Positions 15,152 through 30,351 of a stretch of DNA of 64,000 bases are shown piece after piece. Position 1 is the stretch's first letter. Every line of letters begins with the position of its first letter. Position numbers and translations under genes: made by a program. Under the pieces are notes generated by a model. That model was not told the DNA's origin and did not search any database. It saw only the letters and a program-made list of their open reading frames with translations. This DNA comes from Adineta vaga (taxonomy: Eukaryota; Animalia; Rotifera): assembly GCA_021613535.1 (NCBI GenBank), contig CP075497.1:4030001-4094000 (forward strand), given 5' to 3'.

Positions 15152-15831
15152 TGTGTTTCTTTCGTTTTGTTTTCATTTCTTTTTTTCTCTCGCTTCTCGA
15201 ACCTCATTATATCTTACATCATATGTATATTATTCCATCATCTCAAACTCTCATTCTTTGCCTCTTCATTTTTGCGGTTTTGTTGTTTCCTCTTTTTGAG
15301 TCATTCATAACTAAGCTTCTTTGCGCGTCTAACACATTTTCTATACATACAAATATAAAAATATAATGACATAAACTTCTTTCTTAACAGTACAATGTAA
15401 GCACGTGCAAAGCAATAAAAATTAACGTTCTTTTTCCTGTACGTTAAAAGAAATAAATACAAACAACGATCATTTTTTTTGGCAATATATAACGTATAAC
15501 TTTCTCTCTTCTCTTATTTCTTCTTGTTGTTCCAAGAAAATGTCTTTCGTGTTTTTGACAACATTACTACTGCTTCTGTCTTTACTTGTTGTCGATGTGT
15601 GTGTGTGTGTGCAACTGTTTGAATGTCTGTTATTCATTATACTTTTCTCAGAAAAGTTTTATTCTTATTGAATACACTTTTCATTTACGTTTTCTTTCTT
15701 TTTTTCCTTTTTTTTGCACAATACACACGTATGCTCATATTTATAAAAAAAATCGAAATAAGACATAAAAAAGTTCTTTTCCTAAAAAAAAGTCAATACT
15801 ATGAAAAATCTGTAGATTAAATTGAAACTGA

Positions 15832-16717
15832 ATGGAACTTGAAAAGATACCTACACTTCCGGATGTATGTTATATGATCTTAAAGTCAATGATATTTAAT
15901 CTATGTATGTTTCAATAGGCACATCAACAAATTCGTTTAGGTGATATACAAGCATCAGCACAGAAATGGATTGCTGCTATAGAATATTATTCACGTGCAA
16001 TTGGTTTGTCAAGAAATTTAGTTATTCTAAGACTCTATATCTTATTTGTTGATAGAATATTTCAAAGCAATTAAAAATACTTTACAAGATGACAATTTAA
16101 GTGCAAATATCCAAGCACAAATTGTACAATGCGAGAAAACTATTCATTTCTATCGTTTGAAAGATCGTGCCGAAGAGGTAATCATTCCATATTAGATTAA
16201 TAAATATGAATATTAAATTTCTTAGGCATTAAAAGTTGAACGTCATGCCAAAGTAACTCGTGCTCATTCAATATCGAACACAAAACCATCACCAAAACCA
16301 CGTCGCATGATGTCTCGACATAATACATTACAATTGGAAAATAATATTGTATTAGGTGGTCGTGGTGGAATGGATTCTTTTGCGGAACTTATCTTTCCAA
16401 ATAGTAATCGAAATAATCAACGTGTAACATATAAGCCTTCGTCACCAGTAACAGGGAAAAAGAATGAAAAGAATACTTTACAAAAGATGGAAGAATTAGA
16501 AACAAATTACGAAGCAACAAAAAATCATTTAAAAACTGCATTTGATGAAATTGATAGATTAAGAAATGAAAACAAGGAACTCCGTATGGAAAAAGAAGTC
16601 TCGAATCAGCAACGACAACCAATGGGTTCAGACTTATTACCAAGTGATACATGTGATACTACAAGTAATAAAATTGAAAAAAAAGAATCAGAAAATGATC
16701 TTGAAGCTACACTGTGA
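15832..16717 (+). CDS. NRBF2: NRBF2-like protein (MIT domain plus C-terminal coiled coil), 4 exons
   Basis: Spliced N-terminus MELEKIPTLPD-AHQQIRLGDIQASAQKWIAAIEYYSRAI resembles the NRBF2 MIT start (LAHQQSR..); coiled coil EIDRLRNENKELRMEK resembles ENERLRKENKQLKAEK. Confidence 0.65.
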
Positions 16718-19700
16718 TTGTATCTTGTTTTGCGCTTTCTTAATTTTCGAGTGTATAATTGATCAGTGAAGAAATTAAATTTTTTGCAATAAAAATTGCT
16801 ATAATATTATATTTCATTTGCTGAATTCATCGGAGAATTCATGAAAATATTGAATCAAAACAAGGATCGGAGTTTACAGAAAAGCACTTCAGTCAAAATT
16901 AAGACTCATCTCAGTTTTTCGAATTTTTTAAAATCAACGTTATCGAAAATATCAACCAAATATCTTCTTTATCCATTGAAATAGTATGAAATGTTCAAAT
17001 ACTTATTGACAAAACATGACGAATAGGTGAATCGTCCGATGTTCGTTTATTATTATAGGTTTCTAAAGTATTTAACTTGGATTTCTGTTTTTCCGTATGA
17101 AAATTGGATTAGTTGATGCGGTATATCTTATGCGAATTTCGGAAGTTATGAACGAAGAAACGAATTTTTTCAGATGAACAACGAATGCTGATTTGAACAA
17201 TTCATTATGAGCAATAGGAAAACTTCCATATTACAATAGGAACAGCTCAAATATTTTCAAATGTTACTATAACAGTCGTTTCGTATCTGATAAAGTACAT
17301 CATTCAATAAGATTTGTGTTAGTTAGTTGTAGAATGAGACTTTCAAATAGAATTCGAAATAGTGATCAATATTTTTCGCTAAATCCTCGAAATAGCCGAA
17401 TGTAAATAATCTAAACATTTTTATTGTATGTTTCTGTTTCTATGATAAATCTAAATATGATTTATAACCATGTAATCATTACTGATAAAAGAAGAACTTG
17501 TCTTTTGCCATCTAATGTGTCGTACTTCTATCAATTGTTACAATTCAAAATATAGCAAAAATCAGATCTACTTGAGTGATACAATCGCTTTAATTAAATT
17601 ATATTTAGATTGACTAAGAAATATAACGTCCATACATTGCATTATCTGTTTGATTTTAAGCATCTTATGAAGCATATATTTCATTATATCAATGTACGCA
17701 AGAGATAATCAAAAATATTATATATAGTAGCAATCATAATTGATATCATACACAGAAGTCTGAAGGAACTCTTATCAAATATTTTTTACATCATTAAGAC
17801 AAAAATAATTTGATGTCAATATCTGAACTTTAGTTATCGTTTTTATCTTAGCAGAAAAAGACGGCGTCTCATTTGTAAGAATTATTAATCAACAAAACAC
17901 TTGTCGTCATTAGAATTCCATAGATATATTTATCTATCTATGTAGTAGTACATTGTTCGACAAGTAAATATCTCTTCCAAATATATAACGATGATATATT
18001 GACTCCCATCGTCGCATAAAGCGCGAACATAATGAGTATTTCTTTTTTTTTCTCTTCGACTGACATCAAATAGTCAGATGATGTCTTTCTCTCTCTTTTA
18101 ACTAGTATACTTGCACATCATCAATCTTATTCTTGTTCTTAGTAGGATATCAGAAGAAACAGCAAGAAAAAAAACTATCATGAATACGTTAACATTTTCC
18201 TCTTGAGAAACATACATATGTGTACATGTATCTGCCGTCATCGTTATGATCGATGTCCAATAACAGAACAATTTGCACTAATGTCTGCCTATCAATAACC
18301 ATTATTACATGGAATACTTGGTTGGTAATGTTGTTATTTCCGACCAATGAGAAGAAAAAAGAAAGTTTCTTTTTTGCTATTCGGAAAAACTATCGAACAA
18401 GTGAATAAATGTATTCTCCATACGCACTTGCCAATTAGAAATAATGGATAACAGATTGACAGTGTCACATTGAATTTCGATCATATGCTATAGCTTAAAG
18501 GCATCCAATCAAATTGTGTACGTAAGGATCTAGTCACTTGTTAGTTTTTCTTTTGTTTTTTCTTTAAAGATAAGAGAAATTGTAAGGTGTGAATAATTTA
18601 CAAAAGGATTTGATGAGAAAGGAAATGAAGAGATCTATTCATCAAGAAGGCCGTCTTTTCTCTTCCTTTTTGTTGATTTATTTTTCTCGTACATCTATTG
18701 TACAAAATTTTAATCATTAGTACTATTAATGTCTCATCACCATCATCATACAATAAATAGCCACAAGGAAAGAGAACTGAAATCTCTTTCACCTGTGTTT
18801 TTTTACGTGCGTGATCATTAAGATACAAGAAGATTGAATTTGTAATTAAATTTCATTCTATTAGATATCTATTGGAGTTCGATTAAATAATGACTTTGAT
18901 AAATTCAATGTATCTTAATCAAGTTTCGTTTCGTTTCATTTCTTATTAATTCAAATAAGATCTAAATACCAGATGAGTTCAAACAAATCAATCAATGAAT
19001 ATACAAACGTGCGACAAATCAACAGAATATTTTAGCAATGAACAAGAGATCAGAAGCAGACACATACAGAGTGAGAATAATATTGATCTTCAACGTATTC
19101 TCGTTGTTCTCATTAAAAAAAGTGAAAGAGAGAAAAAAAATACAACGCAGCACATATGTAGCAAATCATGAGCAGTCGGCAAGGGTGTATCGCGATAAGA
19201 GCAAGTGCCGTTCTCACTCACTCATGCACACGCGTATAGACACACACTTTCTTCCGACAAGTTTCAAACTTATCAACGACAAAAGAACACATACTGTGGT
19301 TTCGTCCTAATTGAATGAAAGAAGCGCTTGCTGCTGGTGATCATTAAGAAACATGATACGATTGACGAGAGAAGAATGATGATGATGATCATCATCATCA
19401 TCAGCAAGTGCAGAGAAATCGAAAGAGTCAATATTTACATATGGATGGAAATAATCGATTGAAAATGTTCAAAAGAAATGAATGTATATCGAGATGGCCT
19501 TTTGTATATGTGTATGTACGCGACGGGCAATTGACACAAATCTGTTCCCTATATCATGTGCACGCGCCGCCTTAACTGCCGCCGACTTTACTCGATAAGA
19601 ATCGTTTTATATAAAGGCGTCAGTAAACGGCGGCATAGCATGCTCGATGTAAATGAGATTTAGAATTGCTACTCATATTCGTCTTTATTCAATCAATCAA

Positions 19701-21875
19701 AATCAAAATTATGCTCAAGATATAAATATAGAGAAGAATCGTATTTCAAAAGTAGGTTTCATCAATGAAGAGAAGGAAAAACGATAAAGAAGCCTAATAA
19801 CCGGAATGATTAATCAATTATATTATTGCTAGCCAGATTGACATCAATATGCACATGCGTACATTGAAGTTCGTCTACCTATACTCCCTTAGGATAACTA
19901 GACAAGACGATGATGATGAGAATAAAACCACCGTTGAATAGTATAGACGTAGAAAAAAAAAGTCATTATCGATAGACAAAAAAAATTAATCTTCTTTTAA
20001 ATATGGAAAACATGACAGTCAATTATTTCTGCATGTAATACTTTTATATCTACATAGGTATTGCAGTCGATCAACTTGTTCTAAATAATCGATTAAAAAT
20101 TCTAATTGTTCTAGGTAAACGAGATTTGATTATTCGTATATATATATATACTCTATGTATTTAAGTGTAACAAGAAGTAAAAGAAAAAAGGTTTCATTTT
20201 CTCTGATCGGGTGTGAAAATCAATTCACTTTTTGTTTCTTCTTTACATCTATTCGTCTACTGAACTAATAACCGTAAGCATGTCAACAAATGATCGTCAA
20301 TTTTTAATGTGAATATAGATGACATACAACATTGACATGAATTCTCTTCATATTTGTAAGATGCGTAATGAGATTTTTCTTTCCGACTCTTATAACAACA
20401 TAAGAAAATGATTTTTGAAATATTCTTTACTCGTATAATTGAGTATTAGTATTTGTTTTTTTCGACAACTTTCTATTGTATACTTGTCAAATGTCTTTGA
20501 CTCTTTCTCAATATATCTATATTATATGAGACAAACTCGAGTTTAATCGAACAAAAGAAAATGAAAGAAAGAAGTATTGAACATTGTCAAGTGTTATTTT
20601 AAAAATTGATTTCGAGATATTTATTCATTGCTAATCAGCATATTAATTGAATGAAGAAGAAAAGATACACATCACGTTCGTTTTTCTGCCTTCTCGTCCG
20701 TTTTTGCTATCCACTCAACAAACGAGAATGTTCCGTTTCGGATGTATGTGTGCACAAGACATTTGCGTCATCATGCGCATAGACAATGTCAGTAAGAAAC
20801 TAATTGATTAAATCAGTCAACAACCTGTTTAAGACGAACGATGATGAGCTGCATATGTTTGCTTATAGATTCAATTGTTTCACATGCTAATCATCTAAAA
20901 TACGTTTTTACACGTGAACGCCTTCAATCTCTCTGGAAAAAAAGAACCAGTCAAATGATGCAATAGAATATCTATCTTCATGTCATTTTCGACTACTGTT
21001 ATCAAATGTTAGTATAGTTACTTGATAGATGAGATAAATCTTAGATTGGCGAGTTAGTTTTGATGATGACAGTGATTTGTTGTCAGTAGTTAGAGATTTT
21101 TTTTCTATTTCGTCTTCAGATGTATATCGTCGTTTTTTCTTTTCATCTTTATCCTTTTTAGGTATAGTTATGGCGTTCTTGTTAATGTGTCGAAATAGTT
21201 CTTTGGACACTATTTATAGACATTCTTGAAAATAGATCAGATCAATTTTCAATTGATAGAAGAATTTCTTTTCTTTTTCTCTTGAAGAAAGCAGGAATTG
21301 ATTTAATTGATTATGTCTTTTGAAGTAATCGAATAAGACAAGTGATAATCCTTTTAATTGATTGTAATTCAAAGTAATCTTAATGTTTTTACTTCTTTTC
21401 GAATATATTATATTTAGTAAATGTAGTTCGAAAAAAAAACAAGTGTAAGTAAAGGAAAGAAGAAAAAAAGAAACTTGTTAAGATTAGAAAAGTGATTTCG
21501 AAATCAATGAGAAACTAATCTTTCAAAGGTTAATTGGTGTTTCTTCTTTCAAAGAAATCAGATCGAAATGATACATCTTGTTTTGTTTTTATTCGAAACA
21601 AATCAGAATTAAAAACGTCTGTTTTCCAATGGTTGGATAGTGTTGTTATTATTTCTTCTCCTCTCATTGGCACTCAATTAATTTAACGATCGAACGCATT
21701 CGTCATTCTTTTTCTCTCTCTCTCTCTTTCTTGACTATGTCTTTTTTTTATTGACATACACTGTTGCAAATTTAACATCCACATATGTATGGCATCGACG
21801 AGCTCAATCAATTTCTTTTTCTTTTCTCTTCTTTATCGTATTTTTCTCTTTCTCTTTCGCTCTATTCGGGACGCA

Positions 21876-21881
21876 TATAAA
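21876..21881 (+). promoter_or_regulatory. Candidate TATA box of the NK1 gene
   Basis: TATAAA in a locally GC-richer context about 530 nt upstream of the ATG. Position only. Confidence 0.25.
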
Positions 21882-22113
21882 TGGTCTGCTAAATTGCCGA
21901 GAGAATTGCTGCTATTAGTGCGTGTGTTTCGGCGAATGGGAAAAAAGGACTCTCTCGCTTACTCGTTCGTTTCTTGTCGATACTTACTTGCATACATACA
22001 CATACACACACGGGTATCATAATCATAATTTGCTTGTGTATAGATGTAGTAATCGCTCCGATGTGTCTTTTCGTTGATGGGTGTTGAGATTTTCTCTCTG
22101 TCGCTTTCGCTTG

Positions 22114-22135
22114 CTCTCTCTCTCTCTCTCTCTCT
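22114..22135. repeat. (CT)n microsatellite upstream of the NK1 ATG
   Basis: Tandem CT run read directly. Confidence 0.85.
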
Positions 22136-22409
22136 GTTTCTCTCTTGTTCGGTCTTATTCACTCTCTTTATATAGATGTATGTATCGTATTTACATGAGG
22201 GAAAAGAGAGAATAAGAGAGAAAAATCCATGCACACACAGTCATTAACAGCAATCATCGACAGTGCGTGATCGTGCAAGATAAAAAAAATACTAGAGATA
22301 TTTATTGCGGTAAAACGAGAGACGTTATTTGATAATCAATAGGATAATAATACTTTCTCAATACATCGAATATATTTATAATATATTTTCCAGACTTGAA
22401 ACTTTTCTG

Positions 22410-23602
<1,193 letters not shown>

Positions 23603-25454
23603 CATATATTAGATATAACTGATATATACATATATAAATACATATAAATATTCTCTGTCGTCATTTTTTGTTTAAGTCTGTACGTTTTCTCTTTTCTCTT
23701 TCTTTCTTTCTCTTTTTTGTTCTTCTTTACAACTTTTCTTTTTCTATACAGTTGATTCATTGGTCGTATATGACGAATATAAAGATATATAGACAAAAAA
23801 AAACTGATGACGAGTGTCATGTTTGACAGGAATTTGTGAAAACAGCGGCGACACCGATTAACATTCAAGAGTATGTCGAATAACACCATATTGGTATGAT
23901 ACATATCATTCAAATGCCATTCTTTTTCGATAATATGACTGAATTTATATGTATACGAGCAATCAAATAATCGAATTTGTTTCTCCGATAGTATTATCTA
24001 TTTGTCTTTCTGTGAGCAAGATGATCAAGCAAAGTTTGTTGAGTAGATGTGTGATGATCGACATTAGCTTTACTTCAGATGATATACTAGGAGATAGCAT
24101 TCGTCTTTCTTCTCCACCCTATGTACGCAAATGCGCGTGTTTCTGATAACATATATACTTACAAGGATAAGGCCAATCGGATACGGATTGGGAATATAAG
24201 AAACTCAATGAGAAAGAAAAGAAGAAATCTTAACTATCGTGTCTGTCCGATTAATACATGAATTATCCGTACAATTGGGAGAAGAAAAAGAGCAAAAGTC
24301 AGCAGAAAAAAGAACTGACCATAATTGCTTCATTATCGAGGTTTTATTATATAGTACATATAACAACAACAACACTTGTGTGTATATACATATATATATA
24401 TATATATATCTATATCTGTTCCTTCTCTCGCTTTCTCATCAACATTGCAGACATAGACAGAACTATGAATACATAGACGTAATCGTATATATGTACACAA
24501 TGATATTTTTTTAATGATTTCTCCGATCATTTTCATATCATAATTGAAATCACGTGTCTTAGAAACATGTTGATTATTTAATCAGAACAATGAAATTATA
24601 TTCGTTTATAATCAATCAAAATCTTTCATTTGATTTATATATTTAAATAAATTCATTTGTTTTTTGCATTGACAATGATGATGATGATGATCGTACTCTG
24701 GAGATTAAAATTCGTATCTGTTAAGCTCATTTTATAAACAATCAATTGGAGATAAATCGATAGATATAGAGATGTAACTGACACAAAGTGAAAGTGAATA
24801 TCATCATTTGCGTATCTCTTTCACTTGAACAAGAACAATCATTGTTGATTATTGTGAGTCAATTGGCAGGTGGTGATGATTTCTGTTTAATCGATATGAT
24901 TATTGAAATTTGATGATTGAATTCTTACGACAATTCGATTGATTTTCATAATTACTCAAATTTCAAGTGGAATATGAAGTTTGTCTTTTTTCAATCGACA
25001 ATGAATAGAATTTGATTTTTAGTAGACACATAATCTATTTATTCAAACTATATATTAACACTTCAGAATGTCAATTCTTTCTTTTTCTTTAGAGATTTGT
25101 TCGATATTTGATTATCAAACTTATTCGATATTCAATTGTTAGAAGTTTTCCGTTCACAGATATATGTTATATAAAACAAGTTTGAAGAAGGAGACCATAC
25201 TTAACTGACTGACTGATTTCGAGAAGTGATAGTAAGAAGGAAGGAAAAAAAGATTGATATAGATGTCGCATACTCTCAATCCATTCATTCTTTTTTCATA
25301 TGAAGGACAATGAAAACTTCTTTACATTGGTGGAAACAGTTCACCTTACGAATTGTCTTTTACTATAAACTTATTCTCATTCAAATTATTTACGAATTAT
25401 CAAAGTACTTTTTATCCATATTTCATTTTTCTCTTTATTTAGGTATATTCAAAG

Positions 25455-26875
25455 ATGAAAACAAAATCAGCTGAAACGAAGAGTAAAGATTCAACTAATG
25501 AAAATACTTCAATTGACTGTCCATTTGATTTTAATCTTTGTCGTAAAGCATTAATTGCACTTAAACAGATTATTAATGAAGCACAACAAGGTCATAAGCA
25601 GTTATTAGATGAATCAACAGCCATCAATCTTTATCTTCACGTACATAAAATACCTCGATGTACGTATCTTCGGTTATCATCTCAATTACCTCATCCAATT
25701 ACTCAACAAGATACACGTGATGTATGTCTTTTTGTTCGTGATGATGATATTACTGGTCGTGAATACGAAGCAACAATTCGTCGATATAAAGCGATGATTG
25801 AAAAATTTAAACTTCCATTTAATATCGACATTATGACTCTTAAACAATTGAATCAGGTAAAATCTCTAAGAAAAAACACGTGAATAGAAAAGAAATCTTG
25901 AATATTTTATTTCAGGAATTAGTTCCATATGAAGCAAAACGAAAATTATGTGCACGTTATGATCTCTTTCTTGCTGATCGTCGTATTATGACTTCATTAA
26001 TGCGTGGTCAATTACTTGGTAAACATTTTCGTCATCATGGAAAAATGCCATTAGGTATCAATGTATTCAATAATGATTTTAAAGAACGTTTATTAACCTT
26101 ATGTTCATCAACATTTGGTCGAATGGCTGGTACAGGACCATTATTTTCTATGCAATTTACCAATATTAAACAATCGATTGATCATGGAATGGAAAATCTA
26201 CAAGCAATTTGTCAAGTTATTGGCAAAGAATTACCTGGTAGTTGGTTAAATGTCGATCATGCTTATCTCTATGGAAATAATTTACAATCTTTACCAGTTT
26301 ACTATAGTAAACATACGAAAAATGATGTGAAAAAATTAAATGTACCATCACATGATCCCAATGCAATGACACATATTGGTGAATTAACAACATTGGATAG
26401 CAATATGAATGTTATTGTTGAATCCAATGGTAACATACATTTAACAAAGAGAAAGAAATTAAATGATAAATATAAAAAGAAAAAACCGACAAAACGTTTA
26501 CAAAAAACTTGGCTTCATGGTATTCAACAAAAATCTTCATCAAAACAACTCAAATCGAAAAAACAAAAGAACACGAAAAATGTTGATGAAAAACCTGATT
26601 TTAATACTGATGGTAAACCTTTAGTTGATACAGCTTTTGTCAAACGTGTTAACGAAACAAGACTTGCGAAGAAAAATGAAAAACCAAAACATGTCGAACA
26701 AAATTTCGCTAATAAACCAGCACCAAGAGCAGAAAAACGAAAACGTCTTCTTGCAGCTGCAAAAGACGTTACTAAAGGAAATGATAACGATCAAGTTCCA
26801 ACACTTGTAGATGATGAAGAACGAAAAATTAAAAGTGGTGGACGAAGTAAAAAGAAAGTTCCTATGAATGTTTAA
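25455..26875 (+). CDS. RSL1D1: Ribosomal L1 domain-containing protein 1, 2 exons
   Basis: LPHPI..DVCLFVRDD, PYEAKRKLCARYDLFLADRRI, LLGKHF..KMP, Lys-rich tail; intron about 25857-25915. Confidence 0.9.
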
Positions 26876-27257
26876 AATACGCCTTCTTTTGTTTTTTGTT
26901 TTGATTGGTTAATAAAAAACAACTGGGCTGTTTTGCCTTTGAATTCAAGTTTTATTTCAAGGAAAACTAAAAAGCTAATTTCTAAGAACATCATATTTTC
27001 CTACTAAAACTTCCATCTTTTTTCTTTCTTTCAAATCATTATGATACGTCAGCGTATTCTTTTTTTTGACAAAGAACAGAGTTGTAAGAATGTCGTCAGT
27101 TAAACATGACGTACTTTTTTTTCTCTTTGGCATGGAAACAACATCAGAATATGAAGTAGTAACTCATAAAAAAAACTTCAATTAAATAGACTCATATGAA
27201 AAGGGCGTATATTATTATAGATGATGTACTATCGACGATAATGGAAGGCATACCAAT

Positions 27258-29575
27258 ATGCGACCAACAATTGCCAAAAGGATTATTATTACTACCGGTG
27301 TTTTCTTTCTTATTAATGTCTTGTTATTACTGAGTATTAAAGGTTTTCATTCATCATCAAACAGAGATGAATTGGTTTGTAATAAGCTGTATTAGAATTG
27401 TTTGAATTTTATGTTATTCTTTTCACATAGATTTCACCGAGAGGAAGATTAGTTCACCGAAACTCGCAAACAAATGCTACTAATGTTGGATGGGTGCCTT
27501 CATTATCAGTAAAGATTTTTGTTTGATCAGTTTTTTAAAACTTTATTTTGAAATATAGAATGTCGATGTTCTATTACCGATTGTTGTTTTTGCTTGTAAT
27601 CGGCCGCGTGCTCTTCAAACTCATATTGAAGCATTGCTTAGGTATCTAAAACAAAGATTTTTATGATTGAATAATCAAAATTTCCCTTCTTCAGAATTCG
27701 AAAAGATTCACAATTGAATCCAATTATTGTCAGTTTGGATTGCAATGATCAAGCAACGATTGAAATAGCAAAAAAATTTGGCGATAAAATTAAAACGATC
27801 ATTGAAGTAAAGATTTGATTTCTTTTATCAATATTATTTTTCATCTTTGTCCGATATTTAGTTACCAAATCTTGGTCCTCTAAATGTTCCTACTTCTCAT
27901 AAACTGCTTGCTGGATATTATAAAATAGCACGTCATTATAATTATTCAATCAATTATGTTTTTAATACTTTAAAATATGAAGCCATTATTATCACGGAAG
28001 GTAAATAGATCTTTATTTGAAAAATAAATTCGCCGTATTTATGCTCTTATATAGACGATTTAGAAGTATCACCTGATTTTCTTGATTATTTTCAAGTATT
28101 ATATTCGTTATTTAAACATGATAAAACGATATGGTGTATATCAGCATGGAATGATAATGGAATTGATCAAAAGATTGATCGTAATGCAAGTAAGAAACGA
28201 AAAGAAAATGAATTGACAATCAATATTGCGTGTTAATCATTCCAAGGTTTACTTCATCGTAGTGATTTCTTTCCGGGTCTTGGTTGGTTATTAACACGAA
28301 GCGTTTTTAATGAAATTAAAAGCAATTGGCCAAAAGCGTTCGTTTGAATGTCAATAAAATTTGACTTGATTTTTCTTTTATTGTTTATAAAATAGGTTTT
28401 GGGATGATTGGATGCGAAAACCTGAACAACGACGTGATCGAGTTTGTATTCGACCCGAAGTTTCACGAACAGGTATTTCACCTGAAGGAAAAAAGGGTGT
28501 CAGTGGGTCAGTAGTCTCTATAAATGATTTCAATTCTTCTATATTTCTATATGTAGAGGTCAATTCTATGATCGTTATTTGAGAAGAATAATTAAAAATA
28601 ATGACCCAATTGATTGGAAATCCACTGATGTTAGTTATCTTATCAAAGTATGTTACATAATTTTTTATTTGATTCATAAATACGAAAAAGAAAACAATGT
28701 ACGCTTTCAGGATCGATATGATCCAATATTCGAAGCTCATGTCAATGCTTGTCCTGTGATTACTGTCTCTGACTTAGCTACAACTGTTGGTGATATGAAA
28801 TGTGCTCAGATACGTTATAGTAACAAGAAAGAATTCATTGCTATTGCTGATGCACTCCAGATCATGAACGATTTTAAAGTAAGATAATCTTTTGATCAAA
28901 CAGATCGTTTTCGAATACAGATATAAGTAATACCATCAGGCTTTTGTAAGAGTGCTTTACGACAATAGAATGTATAACCAGATATCTTTCGATTCTTTGA
29001 ACGATATGATCTATTATTGACATGTTTTTGACATCGACGATTATGTTCTTCACACCATTTTCGACAATCGATTTTCTTAGAATTTTGTTTCTTATTTAAT
29101 GATCGTAAGAATTGTTCACAATCACGTTTTTTTGTTTCAAATTTTGAGTCTACATCATTCTCTTTTACGGGTAATGTATGAGAAGGAGTATCGAGACATT
29201 CACCGAGCATTTCTTGAAAACAATTCACAGCTAGATCAATTGTTTGTTCGAATGATTTGCTTGTATCTTGATTGTTGTTAGTATTCTGATGCGTAGAAAT
29301 CTGTTTCTTTTTGTGAAGAGAAGAAATTGTCTCGAAACTACTTAGAGAAATAGTTGAAACTAGTGACATCGAATGAATAATTAATAATAAACAGAAAAAA
29401 GAAAAGAAAACGAAATTTTTCTTGCGCAAAAATGAATATTTCAATCTTTTTCTAGGATAATGTCGCTCGAACAGCGTATCGAGGTGTTGTTCAATGTCGT
29501 TTTGGTAAAACAAGAATATATGTCACTTCAAATATAAAACCATGGAAAAGTTATGCTGATATTGTTGAAAGTTAA
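27258..29575 (+). CDS. MGAT1: Alpha-1,3-mannosyl-glycoprotein 2-beta-N-acetylglucosaminyltransferase (GnT-I), multi-exon
   Basis: N-terminal TM anchor; [64 protein letters not shown]; last exon 29456-29575 [12 protein letters not shown]. Confidence 0.93.
28896..29369 (-). CDS. 157-aa orphan ORF nested antisense in the last intron of MGAT1
   Basis: ATG at 29369 to TGA at 28896, entirely inside intron 28879-29455; hydrophilic, protein-like composition with a Cys/His cluster. Confidence 0.6.
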   Translation of the reverse strand: MSLVSTISLSSFETISSLHKKKQISTHQNTNNNQDTSKSFEQTIDLAVNCFQEMLGECLDTPSHTLPVKENDVDSKFETKKRDCEQFLRSLNKKQNSKKIDCRKWCEEHNRRCQKHVNNRSYRSKNRKISGYTFYCRKALLQKPDGITYICIRKRSV

Positions 29576-29772
29576 TGTCGATTTTAATTTGTGATAAATT
29601 GCTTTTGAAATCTCTCATTCCACGTATTTGTAATAGTGATATAAGGTTTTTATTTTCCCATTTTCTGTGATGTTTTATTTACTTTTCTTTTTTCTCTGTG
29701 AAGAATCTCAATAATTAATAAAATAAAACTCTGAACAGTAAATATTGATTGAAAAAAGAAAGTCAAAATTGT

Positions 29773-30351
29773 TTATTTGATAGGATTTTGTTCTAACCAA
29801 TTGATAACTTCTTGTGAATGTTTATCAGATGGAAAGATTGGATAAAAAACATGTTCAATCGTACCATTTTTGACAACTATTGTCAATCGTTTAATTAATG
29901 GAATGTTATCTAATTCTGGTAGAGTAAAATACGGTAGTTTTAAATGTTTGAGTAGTTCTAATTTCGCATCACTTAATAAATCAAATGGTAAATTTAATCG
30001 TTCAACAACTTCTTGTTGATAATCAGTTGTTTGTGTACTACATCCGTAAACATTAGCACCTAATGATTGTAATTCTTGATGATGATCACGAAATCCACAT
30101 GATTCGGGTGTACATCCCCGTGCACCTGGAATTTCATCCCAACCATCGGGAAGTTTTTGATTTGGTTTACCAGTACGTGGATAAAAATATAGAATCGTAC
30201 GTGGTTGACTAGTTATATCAACAGTATGGTTATTAGTTGCAGGTAAACTAGTTAGAATATCAATAGGAAATTTCATTCCAACATGCAAATGAGCACATTG
30301 ACCATCATCGATGGGTACAGGTAAATTATCAGGCAAATCAAATCGATTCAT
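29773..30351 (-). CDS. Intronless BCP/PrxQ-like peroxiredoxin of bacterial/fungal type
   Basis: LPDNLPVPIDDG..HL, YFYPRTGKP..LPDGWDEIPGARGCTPESCGFRD, RLNLPFDLLSD, KRLTIVV..IEHVFYPIFPSDKH. Confidence 0.88.
   Translation of the reverse strand: MNRFDLPDNLPVPIDDGQCAHLHVGMKFPIDILTSLPATNNHTVDITSQPRTILYFYPRTGKPNQKLPDGWDEIPGARGCTPESCGFRDHHQELQSLGANVYGCSTQTTDYQQEVVERLNLPFDLLSDAKLELLKHLKLPYFTLPELDNIPLIKRLTIVVKNGTIEHVFYPIFPSDKHSQEVINWLEQNPIK

Noticed and set aside
16820-17420. Possible DNA transposon remnant
   Set aside because: Composition differs slightly, but I found no terminal inverted repeats, target duplication or transposase ORF.
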